From assembly GCA_965209055.1 (NCBI GenBank), contig OZ242374.1, positions 3,616,001 to 3,680,000 on the forward strand: a stretch of DNA of 64,000 bases. Reading direction: 5' to 3'. A model generated the notes under the pieces. It did no database searches, had not been told where the DNA came from, and was given only the letters and a program-made list of their open reading frames with translations. Both the position numbers and the translations under genes were made by a program. Positions 56,649 to 64,000 of the stretch are shown here, in pieces. Each line of letters opens with the position of its first letter. Within the stretch, counting starts at the first letter, position 1. The DNA comes from Acidobacteriota bacterium (lineage in GTDB: Bacteria; Acidobacteriota; UBA6911; RPQK01; JAJDTT01).

Positions 56649-59600
56649 TTATTCCTTGGAGATGGTCTCGTCCAGGTTCAGGATCAGACTGGCCACCGTC
56701 GTGTATGAGGCCAGCTCCGCCAAGTCCAACTCCGGATTTCGGGCTCTCTCTCCCTGGCTCACCAATTGGAGCGCCGCCTTTCGATCCTCTTCGTAATTTG
56801 ACAGATGATGGCGATAGCTCTCCAGGAGGATCGCCTCTCTCCGGGCGTCGGGTCGCCGGCCCGTGGCCAGCCGGTAGGCGAATCCGATCCGTTCCTCGGG
56901 CGAGGCGCCCCCCTCCAGCATCATCCGCTGAGCCAGAAAGCGGGCGGCCTCCACGTAGGTCACGTCGTTCATCAGGTTCAAGGCCTGCAGCGGCGTGTTG
57001 GTCCGTGTCTCCAGCACCTCGCACGCCTCTCTGCCCGACGAATCGAACGTGAGCATGAAGGGAGGAGCGATCGTGCGCTTCCAGTAGGTGTAGAGGCTTC
57101 TCCGATAGAGGTCCTCACCTTCACTCTGGTTGTAGAACTGTCCGCTGGTGAGCTCTTCCCACAGCCCGTCCGGCTGATACGGCTTCACGGACGGACCTCC
57201 ATTTCTTTCCACCATCAGGCCGGACAGGAACAAAGCCTGGTCCCGAATCACTTCGGCCGGCAGGCGGAAGCGCGGGCCCCGGGCCAGCAGGCGATTCTGG
57301 GGGTCCTGCGACCGGAGTTCCGGAGCGGACTGGGAAGACTGCCGATAAGTGGCGCTCAAGACGATGGCCCGTTGGAACGCCTTCACGTCCCAGCCTGAAT
57401 CCATGAACTCGGTGGCCAGCCAGTCCAGCAGGAGGGGATGGGTGGGCCACTCTCCCTGGGAGCCGAAATTCTCCGCCGTCCGGACCAGGCCCTGCCCAAA
57501 AAACATCTGCCAGAAACGGTTGACGGTGACGCGGGACGTCAATGGGTTGGCCGGGTCCACCAGCCAGCGGGCGAATTCCAGCCGATTGGCGGGCGCGCCG
57601 TTCCCGAGTCCCGAGAACAGGGCGGGGACGGCGGGACCGACCTTCTCCGTCGGGCTGTCGTAGGCTCCCCGGTCCAGGATGAAGGTCTCTCTGGGGTTGG
57701 TGCGCTCCTGCATCACCATGACGGTGGGAAAGCTCTGGACCAGCCGCTTTCGATCGGCCGCCAAGTCCAGGACCCTCCGCCAACTGTCCCGCATTTCCAC
57801 CGGTGCGTACTGGTCCAAAAAGCCGAGTCGCAGCTTTTCGATCTGCCCCGGAGTCCTTTCGCCCCGCGGGATCCTGGCGATCTGGTCCAAGCTCCGGCTG
57901 GTGGCAAGGACGGCGACGCGCTCCGGAGGAAGGACGCCACGGTAGATTCGAACGTCGTCGATCTGACCCCGGAACCGTTCCTCGGGACCGGCCGCGCCGA
58001 TCCGCAACGGATCCTTGACGTAGAAGTTCTGGTTCATGAAGTCCAGCAGGACCCGGATCGGCGCCGGCCTGCCGTCGATGTAGATCCGGATGCCCCCGGC
58101 CTGGAACGAGGCGTCGTAGGTCGCGGCCACATGGCGCCATTCGCCGGGCTTCAGCGCCTCGACGGTCTCGACGCGCAGGGCGTCATCCAGCCAGCGCACG
58201 ATCAGGTTCAACTGGAGCTTCCCGTCGCGCAAAAAGAGTCCGTAGCCGCGGGAGCCATGACCCTCTCCCTCGAACTCGGTCTGGGTCTTGGAGAGAATGG
58301 CGCCCTCGGTGGTCTCGGGCCGGACCCATGCCGCCAGGGTGAAGCGGTCGGTGACGCCGAAGGCGGCCACCGTGCCGGCGTCTACGTATCTCTTGTCGTC
58401 GAAGCTGGCCGCCGTCCCCATGGGACCCGGAACGAAGTGGGGCACTCCGTCCAGGAGACGGGCGACGGGCGGCTCCGCTCCCGGCGTCTCGGCCGTCAGG
58501 TGGCCGTCCAGGGAGTAGGCGACTTCCAGATCGTCGCGCAGAGTCCAGTTCACCAGGCTCGAGTTCGCGAGCGCTTCTTCCCACGATTTCTGGAGCCGGT
58601 CCAGTTCGGGTCCCTGCTCTTCGAATTTCTCTTTCGCCTCGGCCAGCTCCGCCTCCAACTCCTTCAACCGGCGCTGCTGAGCGTCCGTCGGCGCCGGGAT
58701 GTAAGGGGGAGAGTTCCCGTACTTGAGCGCGCGCCCTTTCTCCGGGATGTTGTTGAAGTAGGCGAACATCTCGTAGAACTCGCGCTGCGAAAGCGGGTCG
58801 TACTTGTGATCGTGACACCGGGCGCAGCCCATGGTCAGCCCCAACCAGACGGTGGAGGTGGTTTCAACGCGATCCACCACGTATTCCACCCGGTATTCCT
58901 CGGGAATGATTCCGCCCTCGCCGTTGCCCCGGTGGTTGCGATTGAAGGCGCTGGCGATCCGCTGACCCAGTGTGGCGTCCGGCAGCATGTCGCCTGCGAT
59001 CTGCTCGACGGTGAACTCGTCGAAGGGGAGGTTCCGGTTGAAGGCCTCGATCACCCAGTCGCGCCAGGGCCACATGGTGCGCTCGGCGTCGGTCTGGTAG
59101 CCGTTGGTGTCGGCGTAGCGGGCGGCGTCCAGCCAACGAATGGCCATGCGCTCGCCGTAGCGGGTCGAGTGGAGCAACCGGTCGACCGCCCGCTCGTAGG
59201 CGCCGTCGGTGGGGTCTTCCAAAAAGCGGTCCATGGCTTCCGGCTCAGGTGGAAAGCCGGTCAGGTCCAGCGAGACCCGGCGAAGCAGCGTGGCCGGATC
59301 GGCTTCGGGAGACGGCTTCAACCCGGCCGCATCCAGACGGGCCAGAACGAATCGGTCGATGGGATTCCGGACCCAGTCCGGGTCGCTGACACTCGGCGGT
59401 TCCGGCCGTCCGGGGGGATGGAACGACCAGTGGCTCTGCCACTCGGCCCCCTGCTCGATCCAGCTTCGCAGCAGATCTCTTTCCTGATCCGAGAGGGTTT
59501 TCCCCGAGTAGCTGGGGGGCATTCGGGTGACGCTGTCCGCGGAGTTCACCCGGCCGATGAGGCCGCTTCCTTCCGGGTCTCCCGGAACGATGGCGTAGCG

Positions 59601-59831
59601 CCCGCCCAGATCGGCCAGAGCGCCATCCCGCGTGTCCAGGCGCAACGGACTCATGCGCTTGTTTTCGTCCGGCCCGTGACAGGCGAAGCACTTGTCCGAA
59701 AGTATCGGCCGGATGTCCCGGCTGAACTCGACTGTCGGATCCGGACGCCTCGCGGTCGAGCCTTCCGCCGCGGAAGCCCAAATGATCGCCAAGGCTATGA
59801 CAAGTGGAATTGCGGATCTGGTAAACGCCAT
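56649..59831 (-). CDS. Planctomycete cytochrome c / DUF1549 / LamG / DUF1553 protein
   Basis: CFACHGPD, NPIDRF, WLDAARYADTNG, CARCHDHKYDP, LamG insert, RRSLY, TNTPLQAL. Confidence 0.92.
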   Translation of the reverse strand: MAFTRSAIPLVIALAIIWASAAEGSTARRPDPTVEFSRDIRPILSDKCFACHGPDENKRMSPLRLDTRDGALADLGGRYAIVPGDPEGSGLIGRVNSADSVTRMPPSYSGKTLSDQERDLLRSWIEQGAEWQSHWSFHPPGRPEPPSVSDPDWVRNPIDRFVLARLDAAGLKPSPEADPATLLRRVSLDLTGFPPEPEAMDRFLEDPTDGAYERAVDRLLHSTRYGERMAIRWLDAARYADTNGYQTDAERTMWPWRDWVIEAFNRNLPFDEFTVEQIAGDMLPDATLGQRIASAFNRNHRGNGEGGIIPEEYRVEYVVDRVETTSTVWLGLTMGCARCHDHKYDPLSQREFYEMFAYFNNIPEKGRALKYGNSPPYIPAPTDAQQRRLKELEAELAEAKEKFEEQGPELDRLQKSWEEALANSSLVNWTLRDDLEVAYSLDGHLTAETPGAEPPVARLLDGVPHFVPGPMGTAASFDDKRYVDAGTVAAFGVTDRFTLAAWVRPETTEGAILSKTQTEFEGEGHGSRGYGLFLRDGKLQLNLIVRWLDDALRVETVEALKPGEWRHVAATYDASFQAGGIRIYIDGRPAPIRVLLDFMNQNFYVKDPLRIGAAGPEERFRGQIDDVRIYRGVLPPERVAVLATSRSLDQIARIPRGERTPGQIEKLRLGFLDQYAPVEMRDSWRRVLDLAADRKRLVQSFPTVMVMQERTNPRETFILDRGAYDSPTEKVGPAVPALFSGLGNGAPANRLEFARWLVDPANPLTSRVTVNRFWQMFFGQGLVRTAENFGSQGEWPTHPLLLDWLATEFMDSGWDVKAFQRAIVLSATYRQSSQSAPELRSQDPQNRLLARGPRFRLPAEVIRDQALFLSGLMVERNGGPSVKPYQPDGLWEELTSGQFYNQSEGEDLYRRSLYTYWKRTIAPPFMLTFDSSGREACEVLETRTNTPLQALNLMNDVTYVEAARFLAQRMMLEGGASPEERIGFAYRLATGRRPDARREAILLESYRHHLSNYEEDRKAALQLVSQGERARNPELDLAELASYTTVASLILNLDETISKE

Positions 59832-60061
59832 CGTCTTATCTGCCCGTGCCGAGCAACCGTGTGGATTCGCCACGTCCTCCTGGACGAATTAGAATCAAGA
59901 ATACGCCCGCCGGGGCTTTTTTCGCAAGACCGGTATGCTAACCGATACCTCCGAAAAAGCCGCCGTGATTCACGTTTCTGCGAAGCAAGGGGTCACCCTG
60001 GGACGGGGGAATTCTTGTCTCCGGCCCGGAACCGCGGCTGACAAACCCCCGTTCCTGCCGC

Positions 60062-61324
60062 TCAGGGATAGATTCCCCGAAGCTGGGTGGCCCGGGCCAC
60101 CCGCTGGATGGCCAGGACATAGGCGGCCTGCCGGTGGTTGATCTGCGGACCGTGAAGACTTTGGAGCCGGCGCAGCTCGGCCGAAACGTCGCGGTAGGCG
60201 GCCGTCATGACCCGCTTCAGTTCACGGTAGACCCGGTCCTCGTCCCAGAAAAAGGAGCCCAGGTCCTGCACCCATTCAAAGTACGACACGGTCACGCCGC
60301 CGGCGTTGGCCAGTACGTCCGGGAGCACCGTTACGCCCCGTTCGTTCAGAATCCGGTCCGCCTCGGGAGTCGTGGGGCCGTTGGCGGCCTCGACCACGAT
60401 GCGGGCCTGAATCCGGTCGGCGTTGGCCTCGGTGATCTGGTCCTCGACGGCCGCCGGAATCAATATGTCGCAGGGTTGTTCCAGGAGCTGCTTCGGATCC
60501 ACCCGGTCCCCGTCCGGATATTCGGCCGCCGTCGTATTTTTCTCTTTGAGCCGCATCAGCCGGGCCACGTCCAGCCCGTTCGAGTTGTAGACGCCTCCGC
60601 GGGAGTCGCAAACAGCCACGATCCGGGCGCCGGCCCGGGCGAAGAGGGAAGCGGCGAAGCTGCCGGCGTTTCCGAATCCCTGAATGGCAACGGTCTTGCC
60701 CTCCAGCGTCTCCCCGCGCTCCTTGAGCGCTTCTTCGGCGACGTAGAGGCATCCCCGCGACGTGGCGTCCAGACGTCCCAGGGAGCCGCCGATCTCGATG
60801 GGCTTGCCCGTGACCACGCCCGTGTCCGAGAAACCGCTCCGCATGGAGAGCGTGTCCATGAACCAGGCCATGATCTGGGGATTGGTGTTGACGTCGGGAG
60901 CCGGAATGTCCTTCTCCCGGCCCACGATGATGGAGATCTCGGAAGCATACCGGCGGGTCAGGTTCTCCAACTCTCCCAGGCTCATGTGGTGCGGGTCGCA
61001 GATGACGCCCCCCTTGGCCCCGCCGTACGGAATCCGCACCACGGCCGTCTTCCACGTCATCCACATGGCCAGGGCCCTCACCTCGTCGAGGGTCACCTCC
61101 GGTGAATAACGAATGCCGCCCTTGGTGGGTCCCCGGGCCTGATTGTGTTGAACCCGGTAGCCTTCGAAGACCCGGATGGAACCATCGTCCATGCAGACCG
61201 GAAACCGGACGGTCAGGTCGCGGTTGCAATGGCTCAGGATCTCCTTCAGATCGTCGTCCAGATCGGTCAGCTCGGCCGCTTCGAAGAATTGCTGACGCGC
61301 CACATCCCAGATGGTTCTTTCCAT
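60062..61324 (-). CDS. Glu/Leu/Phe/Val dehydrogenase (glutamate dehydrogenase type)
   Basis: GPTKGGIR, YGGAKGG, DIPAPD, QGFGNAG, NAGGVTVSYFEW. Confidence 0.92.
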   Translation of the reverse strand: MERTIWDVARQQFFEAAELTDLDDDLKEILSHCNRDLTVRFPVCMDDGSIRVFEGYRVQHNQARGPTKGGIRYSPEVTLDEVRALAMWMTWKTAVVRIPYGGAKGGVICDPHHMSLGELENLTRRYASEISIIVGREKDIPAPDVNTNPQIMAWFMDTLSMRSGFSDTGVVTGKPIEIGGSLGRLDATSRGCLYVAEEALKERGETLEGKTVAIQGFGNAGSFAASLFARAGARIVAVCDSRGGVYNSNGLDVARLMRLKEKNTTAAEYPDGDRVDPKQLLEQPCDILIPAAVEDQITEANADRIQARIVVEAANGPTTPEADRILNERGVTVLPDVLANAGGVTVSYFEWVQDLGSFFWDEDRVYRELKRVMTAAYRDVSAELRRLQSLHGPQINHRQAAYVLAIQRVARATQLRGIYP

Positions 61325-61555
61325 GGTGCTCCGTTGCCTCCTGTTCCGGTCTGGATCTCTCACCGCGTCGTTGAGCGTTTCACGAGACAGTTCTCATCGT
61401 CAGGCTTTTCAATTCATTCTATTGAAGTTTCCCGGACTCTGGCGGTGCCGGGCGGGTCTTCGCAGGAGTGCGCATCCATAAACCGTGCGTTCCCGGTTTC
61501 GACCGGGAGCGCGCCGCGCAGCGGGATCAACTCGCCCGCGGTTGAGGCACGCCGA

Positions 61556-62569
61556 CTACGAGGCGATGGTGGCTCGGAGACTGGACCGGCCAAGGACGTC
61601 CGGATTCACGACCCAGTCCGGGACCTTGCCCGACAGGACGTCGGCGACTTGCCGGGCCGCCGTGGTCTGCAACTCCAGGAGCGACTCCTGGGAGTAGAAG
61701 GAGGCGTGGGGAGTGATGATGATCTTGGGATGGAGCACCACCGGGTCGTCCGGGTCCGGCGGTTCCTGGGGCAGCACGTCCAATCCGGCGCCTGCGATCT
61801 CGCCCGCATCGAGCGCCTCCACCAGTGCGGCCGTGTCCACCACGGCTCCCCTGGAGGTGTTGATGAGGAAGGCCTCGGGACGCATCCGCCGAAAGGCGTC
61901 GCGGTTGAAGAGGTGGTGCGTCTCGTCGTTGAGCGGGACATGGATGGAAATGTAGTCGCTGACCTCCATCAGGCGGTCCAGCTGCATCGGCTCCGCGCCC
62001 TGCTCCCGTACCGTGGCGTCGTCCAGGTAGGGGTCGAAGGCCGCGATCTTGAGACCCAAGCCCCGGGCCTTGCGTCCCAGCGTGCGCCCGATCTTGCCGA
62101 ATCCGACTATTCCCAAAGTCCGTCCGCGGATCCGGAAGATGGGCCGGCCCGGCGCCATTCCGTAGCGGCCTACCTTGGCCTCCCGGTCGAAGAGGACGAC
62201 CTTGCGGGCCGAGGCCAGAAGCAACGCCAGCGCCTGGTCGGTGACCTCTTCCAGGCAATAGGCGGGAACGTTGGTCACGATGACGCCCTGCTCCGTGGCG
62301 AACGGGATGTCGATGTTGTCCAGCCCGATCCCGTAGCGGGCGATGATCCGGCAGCGCGCGGCCTCCCGGATCGTCCGCGTCGACACCGCCTTCCAGCAGG
62401 TCAGGATGGCGTCGGCCCGGGGGGCCATCTCCACCAACTCGTCCTCTTCGCCGGTCGAAGCCACCATCAGAGAGGCTCCGATCCGCCCCAGGATCTCCTT
62501 TTCCGGATCGAGCGTCGGCCAGGCATAGTCCGTGACCAGGACACGCGGTCCCTGTCGTCCCTCGCTCAT
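61556..62569 (-). CDS. D-isomer 2-hydroxyacid dehydrogenase (CtBP-like)
   Basis: RYGIGLDNID, GFGKIG, INTSRG, EP, TPHASFYS. Confidence 0.9.
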   Translation of the reverse strand: MSEGRQGPRVLVTDYAWPTLDPEKEILGRIGASLMVASTGEEDELVEMAPRADAILTCWKAVSTRTIREAARCRIIARYGIGLDNIDIPFATEQGVIVTNVPAYCLEEVTDQALALLLASARKVVLFDREAKVGRYGMAPGRPIFRIRGRTLGIVGFGKIGRTLGRKARGLGLKIAAFDPYLDDATVREQGAEPMQLDRLMEVSDYISIHVPLNDETHHLFNRDAFRRMRPEAFLINTSRGAVVDTAALVEALDAGEIAGAGLDVLPQEPPDPDDPVVLHPKIIITPHASFYSQESLLELQTTAARQVADVLSGKVPDWVVNPDVLGRSSLRATIAS

Positions 62570-63174
62570 GTGCTGTCTCCTTCGACGGCCTTCTTCTCCA
62601 GCAGCTCGTTCAAAAAGCGGACGGACGATTCGTCGTCCCACCGGGCGCTCCCCACGTGGCGGAACACGATCCGGCCCGTCCGGTCCATTATGAAGGTGGC
62701 CGGGATTCCTCGACTCTCGAATGCAGAGGGTTTCTCGTCGTCCGAGACGTACAAGGGAAGTTTCCACCCCTTCTCATCCACGAACTCTTCCACCACGTCC
62801 GGCGGCTCGTCGGAGACCAGGAGGAACGCCACGTCTTCCTGCGGGAACTGTTCATAAAGGCGCTGAATTCCGGGCATTTCGACCACGCACGGCCCGCACC
62901 ACGTGGCCCAGAGATTGACGAACAGAACCTTCCCCTCGAACGCGGACAGTGAAGTCTCCTGTCCGTCGAGGCTCTGAAGCTTCCACTCCATGCCGGTAAG
63001 CGATTCCTGTTGGGGAAACGGCGGGGGAGGCAGGCCGAAATCCCGGTCTCCCAGGCCGCCCATCTGCTGCCTCGACAGCAGCATGAGCAACATGCCGGTG
63101 CCCAAGATCAGTGCGACCGTGAGTCCCACTCCTGCAGCCAGGCCGACGAAGAAGTACCGGTTGAAGAAACTCAT
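62566..63174 (-). CDS. TlpA disulfide reductase family protein
   Basis: N-terminal TM anchor, WATWCGPC..EMP, IPATF. Confidence 0.9.
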   Translation of the reverse strand: MSFFNRYFFVGLAAGVGLTVALILGTGMLLMLLSRQQMGGLGDRDFGLPPPPFPQQESLTGMEWKLQSLDGQETSLSAFEGKVLFVNLWATWCGPCVVEMPGIQRLYEQFPQEDVAFLLVSDEPPDVVEEFVDEKGWKLPLYVSDDEKPSAFESRGIPATFIMDRTGRIVFRHVGSARWDDESSVRFLNELLEKKAVEGDST

Positions 63175-63213
63175 CAGCTTCCTCCTATTCCGGTCAGCAT
63201 AACAAATGCCCAT

Positions 63214-63290
63214 GGGAGCGGCGCCCTTCTTGCGGCCGGGAGCGGCGCCATCCCAGTCGCCGGATGGGAGCGGCGACATCTCTGTCGCCG
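63214..63290. repeat. Three tandem GGGAGCGGCG REP-like units
   Basis: Units at 63214, 63238 and 63266; the third forms the GGCGACA-tctc-TGTCGCC hairpin. Confidence 0.55.
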
Positions 63291-63346
63291 AACTCTTCAG
63301 GGCGAACACGCGACAATTCAGCCACCCATCGCAACAAGGCGCCCTT

Positions 63347-64000
63347 CTACACCATGGGGCTCCGCCACAGCGCCTGTCCGACGAAAAACGGTCCCATCTG
63401 TTGCATGAACTCCGAGGTCTGCCGCGTCCGGCGCATTCGCTGGACCAGGTGGGAGAGCGGATGCAGTTCCTTGCCCACCAGGCCGATGACGAACTCGTTG
63501 TCGTTGGTGTCGATCCCGTGGCAGGCCAGCCGGATGTCGTGGGCGAGATTCTGTTGTCCGTAGAGCCGGCCGACCCCGCCGTGCTCCCGCAGTATGCTCT
63601 GCTGCACGTTCTGCGGCTGGGCATTGAAGGCGCCGGTGCGGCGCAGGGGATACCAGACGGCCCAGGGCCAATCCGGATTCAGGGCCGTGCGCTGAGGACG
63701 TCCGATAAGCCAGTCCTCGACATCGGGTTCGTAGCCGCTGGCGTAGCTCCGGCCCAGCATGGTGAACTCGGGCCGCAGCGTGAGGGAGCCGAAGGACCCG
63801 GAGTTGAGGAATGGACGCACCGCGGTGACGAAGTCGGCCGGATCCTCGGACATGGTCAGGAGTCCAACCCCTCGAGGGTGATTCAGATCCAGATAAAGTA
63901 CGGCCGGCCTCAGGCCGCTCGCCTTGAGCTGTTTGATCAGGGGTCGCGTATCGCGGCAGCCGCTGAAAACGTGAAGCTGCATGAAGAGCCGCCGGTCGGT
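63347..64000 (-). CDS. Chlorite dismutase / coproheme decarboxylase family protein (5' end outside window)
   Basis: WYPLRR, LREHG..G, GID.NDNEFVIG, MR, GPFFVG. Confidence 0.8.
   Translation of the reverse strand, partial: TDRRLFMQLHVFSGCRDTRPLIKQLKASGLRPAVLYLDLNHPRGVGLLTMSEDPADFVTAVRPFLNSGSFGSLTLRPEFTMLGRSYASGYEPDVEDWLIGRPQRTALNPDWPWAVWYPLRRTGAFNAQPQNVQQSILREHGGVGRLYGQQNLAHDIRLACHGIDTNDNEFVIGLVGKELHPLSHLVQRMRRTRQTSEFMQQMGPFFVGQALWRSPMV

Noticed and set aside
55173-59831. DUF1553/DUF1501 pair as a novel system
   Set aside because: Widespread, highly paralogous module in Planctomycetota, Verrucomicrobiota and Acidobacteriota; uncharacterised but nothing unusual here
63214-63290. CRISPR array
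   Set aside because: Units are 10 bp with 14-18 bp gaps, only three copies, and there are no cas genes; no CRISPR seen anywhere in the window

Overview
High-GC bacterial chromosomal window; the gene content (OmpA/PKD lipoprotein, DUF1553/DUF1501 pair, MqnD, UPF0182) would fit Acidobacteriota, but that placement is inference. All family assignments come from reading motifs, not from database searches. The backbone carries cofactor and sulfur genes (rrf2-cysM-mec-Ubl/MoeZ, two IscA/ErpA, folB, ygfZ, moaA, larA), tkt, tadA, recR-ybaB-dnaX, gdh and three tRNAs (Ser-CGA, Ser-GGA, Lys-TTT). Main accessory features: (1) an island behind tRNA-Ser(GGA) in which an XRE repressor plus IrrE-type protease pair (CapH/CapP-like) sits divergent from a ubiquitin-like / ThiF(E1) / DUF6527-like operon, with two palindromic operators between them; the Ubl ends in Ser and the operon has no JAB peptidase. 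This is the best candidate for a poorly described inducible defence or conjugation system. It is followed by an orphan antitoxin, an IS5 and vapBC. (2) A 4.5 kb insert bounded by a ~160 bp direct repeat made of the promoter and 5' part of tRNA-Ser(CGA), carrying a dihaem protein and DUF1501 behind a sigma54-type promoter. (3) An Hhe-like helicase-nuclease gene. (4) A tandem-duplicated FBP aldolase/phosphatase whose two halves keep complementary active-site motifs.
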